DNA from: Chloroflexota bacterium
GTDB lineage: Bacteria; Chloroflexota; UBA11872; VXOZ01
Length of the DNA: 64,000 nucleotides
Direction: 5' to 3'
Assembly: GCA_026710945.1 (NCBI GenBank)
Contig: JAPOQA010000021.1
Span: 20,070-84,069, forward strand
In this document: positions 8,307-18,342 of the stretch, in pieces
Position numbering within the stretch: the first letter of the stretch is position 1
Layout of the letters: each line of letters opens with the position of its first letter
The notes under the pieces: generated by a model
Database searches by the model: none
The model's input: only the letters and a program-made list of their open reading frames with translations
Told to the model about the DNA's origin: nothing
Program-made: the position numbers and the translations under genes

Positions 8307-10019
8307 TTGTCGAAGACAGCATCTTCAACTGCGGATTACTCTGAGCAGGGCGCTGCCTCGGCGTCGATCTACGCCCACCTACTATCGCGATTCGGCCGGC
8401 GGCTGCGGCTGCTCGCGGTGCTGCTGCGAGGTGTGCGAGCCCTGTGGGTGACTGCGCTGCTGTACGTCGGCTTCTCTCTCGTGGGGTCACTCCTCGTTCC
8501 GCAGTTTCCAGTCTTTGCGATTAGTCTTGTCATAGCCCTTGTCGCGTTCTTGGCCTTGGTAGTCCCCATCTTGTTGCGGCGGCTGAGCACGCTTGACATT
8601 GCCAAAGCCTACGACTCGCGATTGGCGCTGTCGGAACGTCTTGCCACAGCGGTGGAAGTAATGGGCCGTGCTCCGGAGAGCCCCTTCAAGGCAGTCTTGC
8701 TCGACGACGCATGGCAACATGCGCAGAAGATCCGGCCCAGACAGGTGTTCCCAATCCGCATCCCGCAAAGAGACGTGCTGCTTCTCGTCTTAAGCGCTGT
8801 GGCGCTGTTTCTTTGGGAGATCTTTCCCTATATGGCCGGTCAACTCGTGCCGCTTGCCCCGCTCGCGTATCAGGTAGCGGCGGTGCGAGAGGGAACGCTG
8901 TTGGAGCGCACGACTCCGGACGCATTCGTGGTGGGTGAAGAGGTACAGGGCCCTGCGGTGAACGAGGACCTTGCCCAGCCGGAAGGAGCGCAGGCGGCGG
9001 AACAACTAGACCAGAATCAGCCGTTGCTCACGCAGGCGGACCTCGATCAGCAACAAAATCTGGCGCAACAAGGCCAAGCAGCAGAAGAAGGAGAGACCGC
9101 CCAGGGCAACGAAGGGGAAGCGAGCCTCGCCGATCTGGCCCAGCAGCTACAAGAGTCGCGGAACCCCCATGTCGACCAGCAAGCGAACGCGCTCGCTGAC
9201 GTGGGACGAGAGCTTGCACAGGCACGACCTTCGCGCGAAGCCGGGCAGAATCTGGAACGCGGCAACTACGATCAGGCGACGCAAGCTCTCGAAGAGTTGG
9301 CTCGCCAGGTGCGCGACCTTTCGCGGGAGGACCGCAATGACATGACTGACGCGTTCGCGAAGGCTGCGGAGCGCGCTCAACAGGCCGATCCGAGGCTAGC
9401 CCAGGAGTTGGCAGACGTAAGCCGGGAGGTCGCCTCGTACAATGACCGGGCAACGGAGCGTGAACTGCAGGAACTTGGCGATGCCATTCAGGAACGGGGG
9501 CAGCGGATCCAGGCACAGCAGCAGTTGGAACAGCAAACCGAGCAACTCCGAGCCGGCGCCGGTGGAGAAGATTCAGGAGGTCAACAGGGGGATGCGCAGC
9601 GGCAAGGAACGCAAGGCCAGCAGGCGTTTAATACTTCAGGCGTAACGGAGCAATCGGGCCCGGCGCAGCAGCAGGATTCGTGGCAACTCCAGGCGGCGCC
9701 GGGCGGCCCAAGCCAGGGTGGCGGCAATCGCGGTGAAGAGTCATTCCAACCTGGGCCGGAAGCTCCGCGCCTGCAGATTGAACAGAGGCCATCGGTTGTC
9801 TTGGCGGACAGAGGTGTTGGCCCATCTCTCTGGTCGCCGCAACGCGCGCCGGTAACTATTCCCGGTCCTGGTACGGCTCCCGCCCAATTTGGCGTAACCG
9901 ATGCCGGCAACGCGATTATTTCCACTGGCGGCGCCAGTCACTTTGTGCCCTGGACGGTCGCCGACTACGTGCAGAAGTACTTCAACGCCCTCTCAAATGC
10001 TATGGAGCAGTCACAATGA
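8307..10019 (+). CDS. Membrane-anchored Gln/Glu/Ala-rich (coiled-coil, low-complexity) protein, first gene of the MoxR operon
   Basis: Two or three N-terminal TM helices (LWVTALLYVGFSLVG..., FAISLVIALVAFLALVVPILL), then a roughly 300-aa Q/E/A-rich segment. Its stop overlaps the moxR ATG (ATGA at 10016). The TTG start at 8307 is uncertain. Confidence 0.6.
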   Translation: MSKTASSTADYSEQGAASASIYAHLLSRFGRRLRLLAVLLRGVRALWVTALLYVGFSLVGSLLVPQFPVFAISLVIALVAFLALVVPILLRRLSTLDIAKAYDSRLALSERLATAVEVMGRAPESPFKAVLLDDAWQHAQKIRPRQVFPIRIPQRDVLLLVLSAVALFLWEIFPYMAGQLVPLAPLAYQVAAVREGTLLERTTPDAFVVGEEVQGPAVNEDLAQPEGAQAAEQLDQNQPLLTQADLDQQQNLAQQGQAAEEGETAQGNEGEASLADLAQQLQESRNPHVDQQANALADVGRELAQARPSREAGQNLERGNYDQATQALEELARQVRDLSREDRNDMTDAFAKAAERAQQADPRLAQELADVSREVASYNDRATERELQELGDAIQERGQRIQAQQQLEQQTEQLRAGAGGEDSGGQQGDAQRQGTQGQQAFNTSGVTEQSGPAQQQDSWQLQAAPGGPSQGGGNRGEESFQPGPEAPRLQIEQRPSVVLADRGVGPSLWSPQRAPVTIPGPGTAPAQFGVTDAGNAIISTGGASHFVPWTVADYVQKYFNALSNAMEQSQ

Positions 10020-11017
10020 TCTCACGGCCGACCGAAGAACGGATCGAACACTTCCAGACGCTCAGCCAAGACATCCGCGCCGAGCTGGGGAAAGTAATCG
10101 TTGGTCAGCAAGCAGTCGTCGACAATGTGTTGATTTGTCTGCTTGCCGGCGGACACGCCCTGCTTGAAGGTGTACCCGGTTTGGGCAAGACAGAGTTGGT
10201 AAAGACGCTTGGGGAAGTTCTCGATCTGCGGTACGGTAGGGTTCAATTCACGCCTGATCTCATGCCGGCTGACATCACCGGCACGACAGTTATCACCGAG
10301 GACCAGCAAGATAACCGCTATTTCCGCTTTGAACAGGGACCGATTTTCAACAACCTGGTCTTGGCGGATGAGATCAACCGAGCCACGCCCAAGACACAGT
10401 CGGCGCTGCTGGAAGCCATGCACGAGCGCACGGTTACTGTAGGGAACTCACTTCATGACCTGCCGATCCCGTTCTTTGTGATGGCGACCCAGAATCCCAT
10501 CGAAATGGAAGGAACCTATCCGCTGCCGGAAGCGCAGCTCGACCGGTTCTTTTTCAAGATCATCGTGGACTATCCCGATGCGTCGGAATTGGAGGAAATC
10601 GTGCTGCGCACTACCACAGATGAGGTGCCCGCGGTGCGCAAGGTGGCCACGACGCAAGACATACTGGCGCTGCAGGTGCTCGTCCGGCAGGTGCCGATCG
10701 CCTCTCACGTCTTGCGCTACGCCGTGCGTTTGATTACGGCTACAGACCCGGACTCTTCTGAGGCGCCGCAGATTACGCGAAACTATGTGCGCTACGGCGC
10801 GTCGCCACGCGGCGCGCAGACCCTTGTGCTGGCAGGCAAGGTGCGGGCGTTATTCGATGAACGCTATAACGTATCCTTTGATGACATTCGCGAGGTAGCG
10901 CACCAGACGCTGCGCCACAGGCTCATCCTAAACTTCGAGGCCGAAGCGGAGGGAATTACTGCGGATACGGTCATCGATGAGCTGGTAATGACGATTTCAC
11001 CGGAAAGTGAAGAATGA
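10016..11017 (+). CDS. moxR: MoxR-family AAA+ ATPase
   Basis: Walker A GVPGLGKT, Walker B LADEINRA, and ...LLEAMHERTVTV...ATQNPIE..GTYPLPEAQLDRF, the MoxR (AAA_3) signature. Confidence 0.92.
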   Translation: MISRPTEERIEHFQTLSQDIRAELGKVIVGQQAVVDNVLICLLAGGHALLEGVPGLGKTELVKTLGEVLDLRYGRVQFTPDLMPADITGTTVITEDQQDNRYFRFEQGPIFNNLVLADEINRATPKTQSALLEAMHERTVTVGNSLHDLPIPFFVMATQNPIEMEGTYPLPEAQLDRFFFKIIVDYPDASELEEIVLRTTTDEVPAVRKVATTQDILALQVLVRQVPIASHVLRYAVRLITATDPDSSEAPQITRNYVRYGASPRGAQTLVLAGKVRALFDERYNVSFDDIREVAHQTLRHRLILNFEAEAEGITADTVIDELVMTISPESEE

Positions 11018-11901
11018 AGCCGAGTCCTTCGGCAGCAATTGACCATGCGTTTTTGCGGCGGCTGGACCGGCTGCAACTCATCAGCCGGCGCGGCTACGGC
11101 ATGGTGACCGGCGGCGGCAGGCGGAGTCGGCAGTTCGGCTCTTCAATCGAATTCGCCGACTATCGCAACTATAGCCCCGGCGATGACTTTCGCCACATCG
11201 ACTGGAACGTCTTTGGCCGCTCAAACCGCCTCTACATCAAACTGCGCGAAGCGGAGGAGCATCTCGCCGTTCACGTGCTCGTTGACGGGAGCCGGTCTAT
11301 GGATTGGGGCCGGCAGAATAAGTTCTCGTATGCAAAGTCTTTGGCCGGGAGTCTGGGATACATTGCGCTCAACCGTGACGACGTGCTCTCCGGTGCGATA
11401 TTCGGCGAATCGACTGAACAGTATTTTCCGCCCGCTCAAGGAAGAGCATTCATTCTGCGCTACTTTGACTTTCTCGAACAGGCGCAACCGGTAGGCGGCA
11501 CTACGTCGCTTGTCTCCGCCACTCGCAACTATGTCGCACGGAACGCCCAACGCGGCTTGGTGATCCTGATCTCGGACATGATGACCGAAGACGCGTACCG
11601 CGGCATTACGGCGATTCAGGAGGCCGGGAATGAACTTGTCTTGCTCCACGTGCTTGATTGGGCCGAGATCGACCCGGAAATGAGCGGCGAATTGAGCCTG
11701 GTCGACCGCGAGACAGGCCGGACTATCAACATCGCGGCAGACGCAGAGACGCTCAATCAATACCGTGAGCATGTTCTCGACTGGGCAGACCAGCTCGAGA
11801 CGTTTTGCGGGCGGCGCAACGCGCGCTACGTGCGACTTGAGACGTCTTGGCCGCTGGAAGAGGTGGTGTTCCAGCGACTGTTGCGGAGAGTCGTTCTATG
11901 A
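11014..11901 (+). CDS. DUF58 domain protein (MoxR-associated)
   Basis: FADYRNYSPGDDFRHIDWNVFGRSNRLYIKLREAEE is the DUF58 hallmark. ATGA overlaps occur at both ends. Confidence 0.85.
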   Translation: MKPSPSAAIDHAFLRRLDRLQLISRRGYGMVTGGGRRSRQFGSSIEFADYRNYSPGDDFRHIDWNVFGRSNRLYIKLREAEEHLAVHVLVDGSRSMDWGRQNKFSYAKSLAGSLGYIALNRDDVLSGAIFGESTEQYFPPAQGRAFILRYFDFLEQAQPVGGTTSLVSATRNYVARNAQRGLVILISDMMTEDAYRGITAIQEAGNELVLLHVLDWAEIDPEMSGELSLVDRETGRTINIAADAETLNQYREHVLDWADQLETFCGRRNARYVRLETSWPLEEVVFQRLLRRVVL

Positions 11902-13745
11902 GCTTGCTGGTCCCATTGGCTCTCGCGTGGGGAGCGCTCGCGGGGCTTGTGCTGCTCTTTTACATCTTGCGGCCGCGCAGTCTGCGGGTTGAAGTGCCGA
12001 GCATCTTCCTCTGGCGCGACTTGGTACAGCGCGAGCAGGCGCTCACGTTGTGGCAGCGGCTCAGGCGTCACTTGCTGCTATTCCTGCAGCTCCTTGCAAT
12101 CCTTTTGCTTGCCCTTGTGCTGGCGCGTCCCGAGCGTACGGCGGACACGCTGCCGCAACGGCACGTGGTACACGTTATCGATGCCTCGGCAAGTATGAGC
12201 GTAGCAAGCGGCGACACGACGCGGCTGGAAGCGGCCAAAGCAGCCGCACTCGAGCAGGTGTCTATCACCGAGCCGGGCGACCGGTTGACTGTGGTAAGTT
12301 TCGGCAGCCAGCCGGCAATTCTTGCCTACCAGACCCGGGATACGCGGTCTGCGCGCGATGCCGTCAGTGCTATTGTGCAGACTGCCACGGTGGGCGACAG
12401 CGAACGCGCTCTGCAACTGGCAGTATCATTGGCAGAGTCTTTGCCGGGCAGCGAGGTCTATCTGTATACGGACGGCAGCTTTCCGGCGCCAAACGTACCT
12501 GAATCACTGAATGCGACGGTTCATTTCGTACGGGTGGGTATCCCGGCAGACAACCAAGGTATCAGCGCATTCGCCATCCGCCGTCACCTTGATAGCCTGC
12601 AGGCATTTGTCCAGGTGCAAAACTTCAGCGCTCAGTCAGTAACCGTGCCTCTCGTTATTTTGGCAGACGGTCAGCCGCTAGAGCGACGCGACATCAATCT
12701 GGCGCCGTTTCCGGATTCCGGCTCATCGCTGGATCTCGTCTTTGGTGAGTTTCCTGCGGGCATCTCACGAGTTGATGCTGTGCTCGATCACCAAGATGCG
12801 TTGGCGGCGGACGACCGCACGGCAGCCATTCTGATGCCGCCGCCGGTATTGCGAGCCCTCTTGGTATCGGATACGCCATTCTTCCTAAACACAGTATTTG
12901 CGCCATTGCCATTCCTGGCCCTCGATCACGTGCGTCCGGTAGAGTTTCGCCCGGCAGAGGTGTACGACCTCTATATCTTCGATGGCTGGCTCCCGTCCGA
13001 GCTCCCTCCCGGCAACTGGCTCATATTCAATCCGCCCGCGGGCTCGCCGTTCTTGCCGGTAAGCGGAGAAATCGTGGCGCCGACGCTTGACTACCTGGCA
13101 CAGGACCATCCGCTCATGCAATTCGTGGAGATCCGTGATCTGCGCGTTGCGCGCGCACAGCGTATGGAACTGCCGCCATGGGCAGATGAGCTTATCGGCA
13201 GCACCAGAGGGCCGTTGCTCTTCAGTGGCACGTTGGATGGGCGCCGCATGGTGGTATTCTCATTCTCCTTGATGCAGAGTAATCTCCCCTTGCGCACGGC
13301 GTTTCCGGTCTTGATTGGCAACATCTACCAATGGCTCAACCCGTACCGCATTCAGGAGACTGTCTCCCACGTTCAACCCCAGGACGTGATAGAGCTGGGT
13401 TTGCATCCGCATGCCGATCGCCTGGTTGTGGATAAGCCGGGTGGCGGAAGCGTATCGTTTGCCGGCAGACAGCGCATTCCATTTTCAGACACTGAGGAGC
13501 TCGGCGTTTACCGCGTGGTGCACTTTGCGGGGGCGCAAGAGATTTACAGCGAGGTGTTCATTGTGAGTCTCCAGGAAGTGGCGGAAACAAACGTAGGAAA
13601 TCAGATTGCCGCGCTTGAAAGTAGCAGGGCAGCGGTGCCTCCAATCGATCTGCCGGTCTTCCAGGAAATCTGGAGGTTCCTGGCCCTGGTAGTGCTCTTT
13701 CTCTTGCTCTTTGAATGGGTGTGGTACCACCGCGTGCGGACGTAG
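11898..13745 (+). CDS. BatA-like protein: aerotolerance-type N-terminal TM module plus a VWA domain
   Basis: N-terminus MSLLVPLALAWGALAGLVLLFYILRPR matches the BatA_N pattern. The VWA domain has MIDAS DASASM. A C-terminal TM helix is present. The start is taken at the ATG overlapping the DUF58 stop. Confidence 0.8.
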   Translation: MSLLVPLALAWGALAGLVLLFYILRPRSLRVEVPSIFLWRDLVQREQALTLWQRLRRHLLLFLQLLAILLLALVLARPERTADTLPQRHVVHVIDASASMSVASGDTTRLEAAKAAALEQVSITEPGDRLTVVSFGSQPAILAYQTRDTRSARDAVSAIVQTATVGDSERALQLAVSLAESLPGSEVYLYTDGSFPAPNVPESLNATVHFVRVGIPADNQGISAFAIRRHLDSLQAFVQVQNFSAQSVTVPLVILADGQPLERRDINLAPFPDSGSSLDLVFGEFPAGISRVDAVLDHQDALAADDRTAAILMPPPVLRALLVSDTPFFLNTVFAPLPFLALDHVRPVEFRPAEVYDLYIFDGWLPSELPPGNWLIFNPPAGSPFLPVSGEIVAPTLDYLAQDHPLMQFVEIRDLRVARAQRMELPPWADELIGSTRGPLLFSGTLDGRRMVVFSFSLMQSNLPLRTAFPVLIGNIYQWLNPYRIQETVSHVQPQDVIELGLHPHADRLVVDKPGGGSVSFAGRQRIPFSDTEELGVYRVVHFAGAQEIYSEVFIVSLQEVAETNVGNQIAALESSRAAVPPIDLPVFQEIWRFLALVVLFLLLFEWVWYHRVRT

Positions 13746-13747
13746 CG

Positions 13748-16480
13748 ATGTTTGCATACTTTACACAGCCGTGGCTGCTAATCCTGATCCCTCTCGCATA
13801 TGGGGTCGTCATAGTTGTCGCCAGGCATGGCGTGATGCAGCTTTCGCGGCGTACGCTCGTCCTGGCAACGACGCTGCGTCTGTGCGCAGTCACGCTGCTC
13901 ATCGTGGCGCTGGCCGGGTTGCAGCTGCCGTTGGCGGGTGGGCCGGTCAATACGATCTTCTTGTTGGATACCTCTGCCAGCGTGACACCGGCTACTCAGT
14001 CTGCCGCACGTCAATGGATTGATAGGGCGGCTGAGACGCGCTCTCCTGATGACACGTTTGCGCTCTTGACTTTTGGGACGGACACACGTATTGAACTCCC
14101 GTTTGGTCGCAGCGACCTCGTTGAGGGTGATGACCTTGCAGGTGTCGATGAGCGCACGAACATTGCGGATGCGCTGGAGGTAGCCGCGTCTCTCTTTCCG
14201 CCGGACGCGCCGAAACGCATCGTGCTCATATCAGACGGCAATCAAACGGCTGGCGACGTCATGCGTGCTGCGGAAGTAGTAGCGGCGCAGGGCGTGCAGG
14301 TAGACGTTGTACCGCTCTTGGCTCAGCTGGGTGTAGACGCAGCCGTCGTCGAGGTGGCGCCTCCCACCGCCCTGCGCGCGGAAGAGAGCTTTGAGGTGCG
14401 GGTCACGGTGGCATCCACAACGCAAGGGGAGGCGCTGCTGCGTCTCTTCATGAACGAGACGCTTGTCAGCGAGGGGCCGGTTGCGCTTGTGTATGGGCAG
14501 AACACTTTTACGATCCAGCAGCCCGGCGTGGAAGAAGGCTTCTACTCTTTCCGCGCCCAGGTGGTGGCGCCGGACGATCAGCGTCCGCAGAACAACGACG
14601 CCTATGGCTACTCGCAGGTGGGACCAAAGGGCGTAGTCCTGGTGGTGGAAAACTCGATTGGCGATGCCATAATCCTCACGCAGGCCCTCCAGGCCGCAGG
14701 AATTCAAGCCCAGAATGTAGGACCGGCCCAGCTTCCCGGCCGACCGGAGGACTTGGACGGTGTATCGAGTGTCGTCCTCGTCAACGTGCCGGCCTCTCAA
14801 CTTACGACACAGCAGATGTCCGCGCTTCAGGAATACGTGCAGCGCTTTGGCGGCGGGCTTGTCGCCCTTGGTGGCGCGGCAGCGTTCGGCATGGGCGATT
14901 ACGGCGGCACGCCCTTGGAACACGCCCTGCCCGTCATTTCACAGCCGCCGGACCATGAGGAACTGCCAACTCTGGCTCTGGCATTGCTCATCGACAAATC
15001 GGGCAGCATGAACGAAGGATCCCCGGTATCCAAGATTGCCATGGCGCGCGAGGCGGCAGCGCAAGCAGTTGAAATATTGGAGACCGGCGACGTGCTGGGC
15101 GTGTTGGCTTTTGAGTACTCACCGCAATGGGTCGTGCGCCCAGCGCCGGTGAACGATGCCGACGACGCCAGGAACGTCGTGCGGCGCGTGGCTACCATCG
15201 AGGCCGGCGGCGGCACCGACATCTATAACGCGCTGCAACTCGCCTACGATACGCTCCGCCGCACCCCGGCGCAGGTGAAGCACATCATACTTGTTACTGA
15301 CGGCCAGTCAACATCTGCTCCCGGTCTCTGGGAAACTTTGATGACCCGCATGCGGCGTGATCGCATTACCCTTTCGGCAGTGGCGATCGGGTCTGATGCG
15401 GACCAGAATCTCCTGCAACGTCTCGTGAGACTGGGTGACGGCCGGTACTACTATGCCGACGTGCCGGAGAATATCCCTCAGGTTGTTACCAAGGAGAGCC
15501 AGCGCGCCAGCCGCACGCTGGTAATGAGTCGTCTCTTTCAGCCGCGTGTCGTGACAGCTAGCCCTATCCTCCGCGCCATCCTGCCGGATTCCCTGCCAAA
15601 TCTTACCGCCTTCGTGCGCACGGAGCCAAAGCCCGCAGCCGAGACTCCGCTACTGTCCGACACCAGCGAGGTGATCTTGGCGCAATGGCAATACGGGTTA
15701 GGACGCGCAGTGGCCTGGACGAGTGACGCCGGACAGGACTGGGCGGCAGACTGGGGTGAATGGCCCCAGAATCAACGCTTCTGGGCGCAAATGGTACGTT
15801 GGACGATGCCAAGCCCGCTCAATCCGCAATTGGCGACGCAGGTGCGGGTGGACGGTAGTGACGTAACGGTTGCCGTAGACTCGGTAGATGAGCAGGGAAA
15901 CATCCGCAATTTGCTCAATACGCAGGTAGAAGTAGCCGGTCCGGAACAGCGGGCGTTCTCTCTTGCGTTGCCGCAGACAGCGCCGGGACGTTACGAAGGT
16001 ACGCTTACCACGGATAAGCCTGGCGTGTACGCGCTCCGAATCACACAGTACGATGAAGACGCGCCCGTAGTCGAGCAGATCACCGGTGCGGTGGTGCCCG
16101 TGGCGGCTGAATTCTTGAGTTTCGAGACTGACTTTCGGCTGCTGCGTCGTCTCGCGGTTGTGACCGGCGGTCAGGTCCTTACAGGCGCGCCGGAAGCCTT
16201 TCGCCATGACCGACCACCCCCCGAAGGGTATAACCGGCCTTTTTGGCAGCCGCTTGTGGTCGTCGCGCTGCTTCTCTTTGTCGCAGACATTGGTGTGCGC
16301 CGGCTCCGGTTCACGTGGTATGAGCTCGGCATCTTCGGTGCTGTGCTGCGGTCTGTGCGCATTCCACAGTTGGGAATAGCGGCTGAGAATGTGCTGCGCA
16401 GCCCACTGCAGTACCTATCTCGTCTGTCTTGGATTAAGCGGGGCCGATCTCTGAGAGGCCGAGTGTCAAGGCGGTCCTAA
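13748..16480 (+). CDS. Large membrane protein with two VWA domains interleaved with GATase1-like modules
   Basis: BatA_N-like N-terminus (FTQPWLLILIPLAYGVVIVV). VWA1 has MIDAS DTSASV and VWA2 has MIDAS DKSGSM plus TDGQS. Segments ...VVLVNVPASQLT..LQEYVQRFGGGLVALGG... resemble class-I glutamine-amidotransferase-like folds. A C-terminal TM helix is present. Confidence 0.8.
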   Translation: MFAYFTQPWLLILIPLAYGVVIVVARHGVMQLSRRTLVLATTLRLCAVTLLIVALAGLQLPLAGGPVNTIFLLDTSASVTPATQSAARQWIDRAAETRSPDDTFALLTFGTDTRIELPFGRSDLVEGDDLAGVDERTNIADALEVAASLFPPDAPKRIVLISDGNQTAGDVMRAAEVVAAQGVQVDVVPLLAQLGVDAAVVEVAPPTALRAEESFEVRVTVASTTQGEALLRLFMNETLVSEGPVALVYGQNTFTIQQPGVEEGFYSFRAQVVAPDDQRPQNNDAYGYSQVGPKGVVLVVENSIGDAIILTQALQAAGIQAQNVGPAQLPGRPEDLDGVSSVVLVNVPASQLTTQQMSALQEYVQRFGGGLVALGGAAAFGMGDYGGTPLEHALPVISQPPDHEELPTLALALLIDKSGSMNEGSPVSKIAMAREAAAQAVEILETGDVLGVLAFEYSPQWVVRPAPVNDADDARNVVRRVATIEAGGGTDIYNALQLAYDTLRRTPAQVKHIILVTDGQSTSAPGLWETLMTRMRRDRITLSAVAIGSDADQNLLQRLVRLGDGRYYYADVPENIPQVVTKESQRASRTLVMSRLFQPRVVTASPILRAILPDSLPNLTAFVRTEPKPAAETPLLSDTSEVILAQWQYGLGRAVAWTSDAGQDWAADWGEWPQNQRFWAQMVRWTMPSPLNPQLATQVRVDGSDVTVAVDSVDEQGNIRNLLNTQVEVAGPEQRAFSLALPQTAPGRYEGTLTTDKPGVYALRITQYDEDAPVVEQITGAVVPVAAEFLSFETDFRLLRRLAVVTGGQVLTGAPEAFRHDRPPPEGYNRPFWQPLVVVALLLFVADIGVRRLRFTWYELGIFGAVLRSVRIPQLGIAAENVLRSPLQYLSRLSWIKRGRSLRGRVSRRS

Positions 16481-16496
16481 ACCTAAGCGGCAACTC

Positions 16497-16883
16497 ATGC
16501 AAGAGTGCATAGACATAATTGTCGCACTTGCCAACCCGCAGTTGCGGACAAGGTTAGTTGATGCTCTCCAAACGCAAGACAAGACCGCGCATACTCCCCG
16601 CGATCTGCCAGACCTCCTGAAGCTTCTTGTAAACTGGGAAGAAGATGAGCCCCAACTGCCAAGAGTGCTCGTCCTCGATGAAGCGTTCATCTATCCCCAC
16701 GTGTACGAAGAGTGCGTACGCATTAAGGCCTTGTCACGGTTGTCGCTGACTGTCGTACTGCTCGTCGAACCTCGTACGCGCACGCGCTCGGATTGGATGG
16801 GTGTAGATCGGATTCTTAGGCTGCCTATGAGAGTAGAAGAGATTGTGGAAAATGCTGTTCGCGTGCTTGAGTCGCAGCACTGA
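16497..16883 (+). CDS. Small receiver (REC)-like protein with a degenerate acidic pocket
   Basis: 128 aa with alternating beta/alpha pattern. VLVLDEAF sits where the phospho-acceptor Asp lies, but ALAN replaces the N-terminal DD pair. The gene starts 16 bp after the operon's last stop. Confidence 0.45.
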   Translation: MQECIDIIVALANPQLRTRLVDALQTQDKTAHTPRDLPDLLKLLVNWEEDEPQLPRVLVLDEAFIYPHVYEECVRIKALSRLSLTVVLLVEPRTRTRSDWMGVDRILRLPMRVEEIVENAVRVLESQH

Positions 16884-17033
16884 GGATGTATCGTCAGGAG
16901 TAGGCCCTGGACGGGCGTGGGCCAAATGCATTGAAGACAGATTGATCCGAAGAGACTCCAATACTATGGATTATTTGGTTGCGATCATTGCAGTAGATCG
17001 CGTAATAGACAACCACTGAAAGGGAAGCAGGCT

Positions 17034-18062
17034 GTGGCAGGAAAGGGTGCGACAGAGTGTGAGAGCGCGCGAAAAGTGTCTCCTCTTACGAGCATCGAAA
17101 CGCATCTGGCGCTCGAGTTCGTTCGTGTAACGGAAGAAGGAGCGATAGCTGCCGCCCGCACGATGGGTCAAGGAAGCCCGGATGGCGCGGACGATGCGGC
17201 AGTGAAGGCCATGCGCGCCGCTCTACAGAGAATCACGATGGACGGGACTGTAGTCATCGGTGAAGGCGAACGAGATGAAGCGCCAATGCTCTATATCGGC
17301 GAGCAACTTGGCAGCGACGGCGGCCCGGCCGTAGACATCGCCGTAGACCCCTTGGAAGGCACCAACTTAGTCGCCAGGGGGTTAAACAACGCCATAGCCG
17401 TTATTGCCGCCAGCGAGCGCGGGGGTCTGTTGCACGCGCCGGACATCTATATGGAGAAGCTCATCGTCGGACCTCCGGCGGCAGGGAAAGTGAACATCGA
17501 CTTTCCGGTCTTGGCGAACCTTCAGATAATTGCCGACGCATTGCAACGCCGTGTGGAAGATCTCACCGTCGTAATCCTCGACCGTGACCGGCATAGTGAA
17601 TTGATAGATGAGGTGCGCAAAGCCGGAGCGCGGATTCGTCTCATTACCGACGGTGACGTGACACCGGCGGTGGCATGCGCCATTTCAGGCACGGGTGTGC
17701 ATGCGGTCATGGGTATCGGCGGGGCACCGGAAGGCGTTCTTGCCGCCGCCGCGCTGCGTTGCCTCGGGGGCGGCATGGTGGGCCGCTTCTGGTACCGCAA
17801 CGATGAGGAACGAGAGCGGGTGCGGTCCATGGGCATTTCCGATCCCGACCGCGTTTTCAGCATCGATGATCTGGCGGGCGGCAAGCAGATTATCTTTGTT
17901 GCTACTGCCGTCACGGACGGCGACATGCTGCGGGGCGTGCGGTTTTTCGGCGGAGGTGTCCGCACCCACACACTTGTCATGACCGGCCAGCGCCTCGTCG
18001 CGCGCTTTATCGATAGCACGCATATTTTTGACAGCCAGCAAGTCGGTCGCATACGAATCTAA
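17034..18062 (+). CDS. glpX: Class II fructose-1,6-bisphosphatase
   Basis: ELVRVTE-like opening (LEFVRVTEEGAIAAAR), VVIGEGERDEAPMLYIGE, DPLEGTN, ITDGDV and IGGAPEGVLAAAALRC are GlpX hallmarks. The exact start (GTG 17034) is uncertain. Confidence 0.9.
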   Translation: MAGKGATECESARKVSPLTSIETHLALEFVRVTEEGAIAAARTMGQGSPDGADDAAVKAMRAALQRITMDGTVVIGEGERDEAPMLYIGEQLGSDGGPAVDIAVDPLEGTNLVARGLNNAIAVIAASERGGLLHAPDIYMEKLIVGPPAAGKVNIDFPVLANLQIIADALQRRVEDLTVVILDRDRHSELIDEVRKAGARIRLITDGDVTPAVACAISGTGVHAVMGIGGAPEGVLAAAALRCLGGGMVGRFWYRNDEERERVRSMGISDPDRVFSIDDLAGGKQIIFVATAVTDGDMLRGVRFFGGGVRTHTLVMTGQRLVARFIDSTHIFDSQQVGRIRI

Positions 18063-18342
18063 CTATGAATACGTGAGCAGACTCTGCTTTGTTGGGAATC
18101 TCGGTTTGCCTCCTACGTGTTGACGGCGTGAATGGGAATCTGCCGCGCCAATCACTGTTCCAGACGGCGACTCCCGTATTGGGTTAAGGGGCAGGCGCGG
18201 CCATCCAGCCTGATGCATAGCTTTGGCGGGCACGAGGATTGCGGCTGGATAGGTGAAGACACTGCCTTACCACAGCCCCCTCCTTAGGAGGACTTTGCCT
18301 GACCCCAGCCGGTGGCGCAAGATCCACTCCCTCTCCCCTAGA

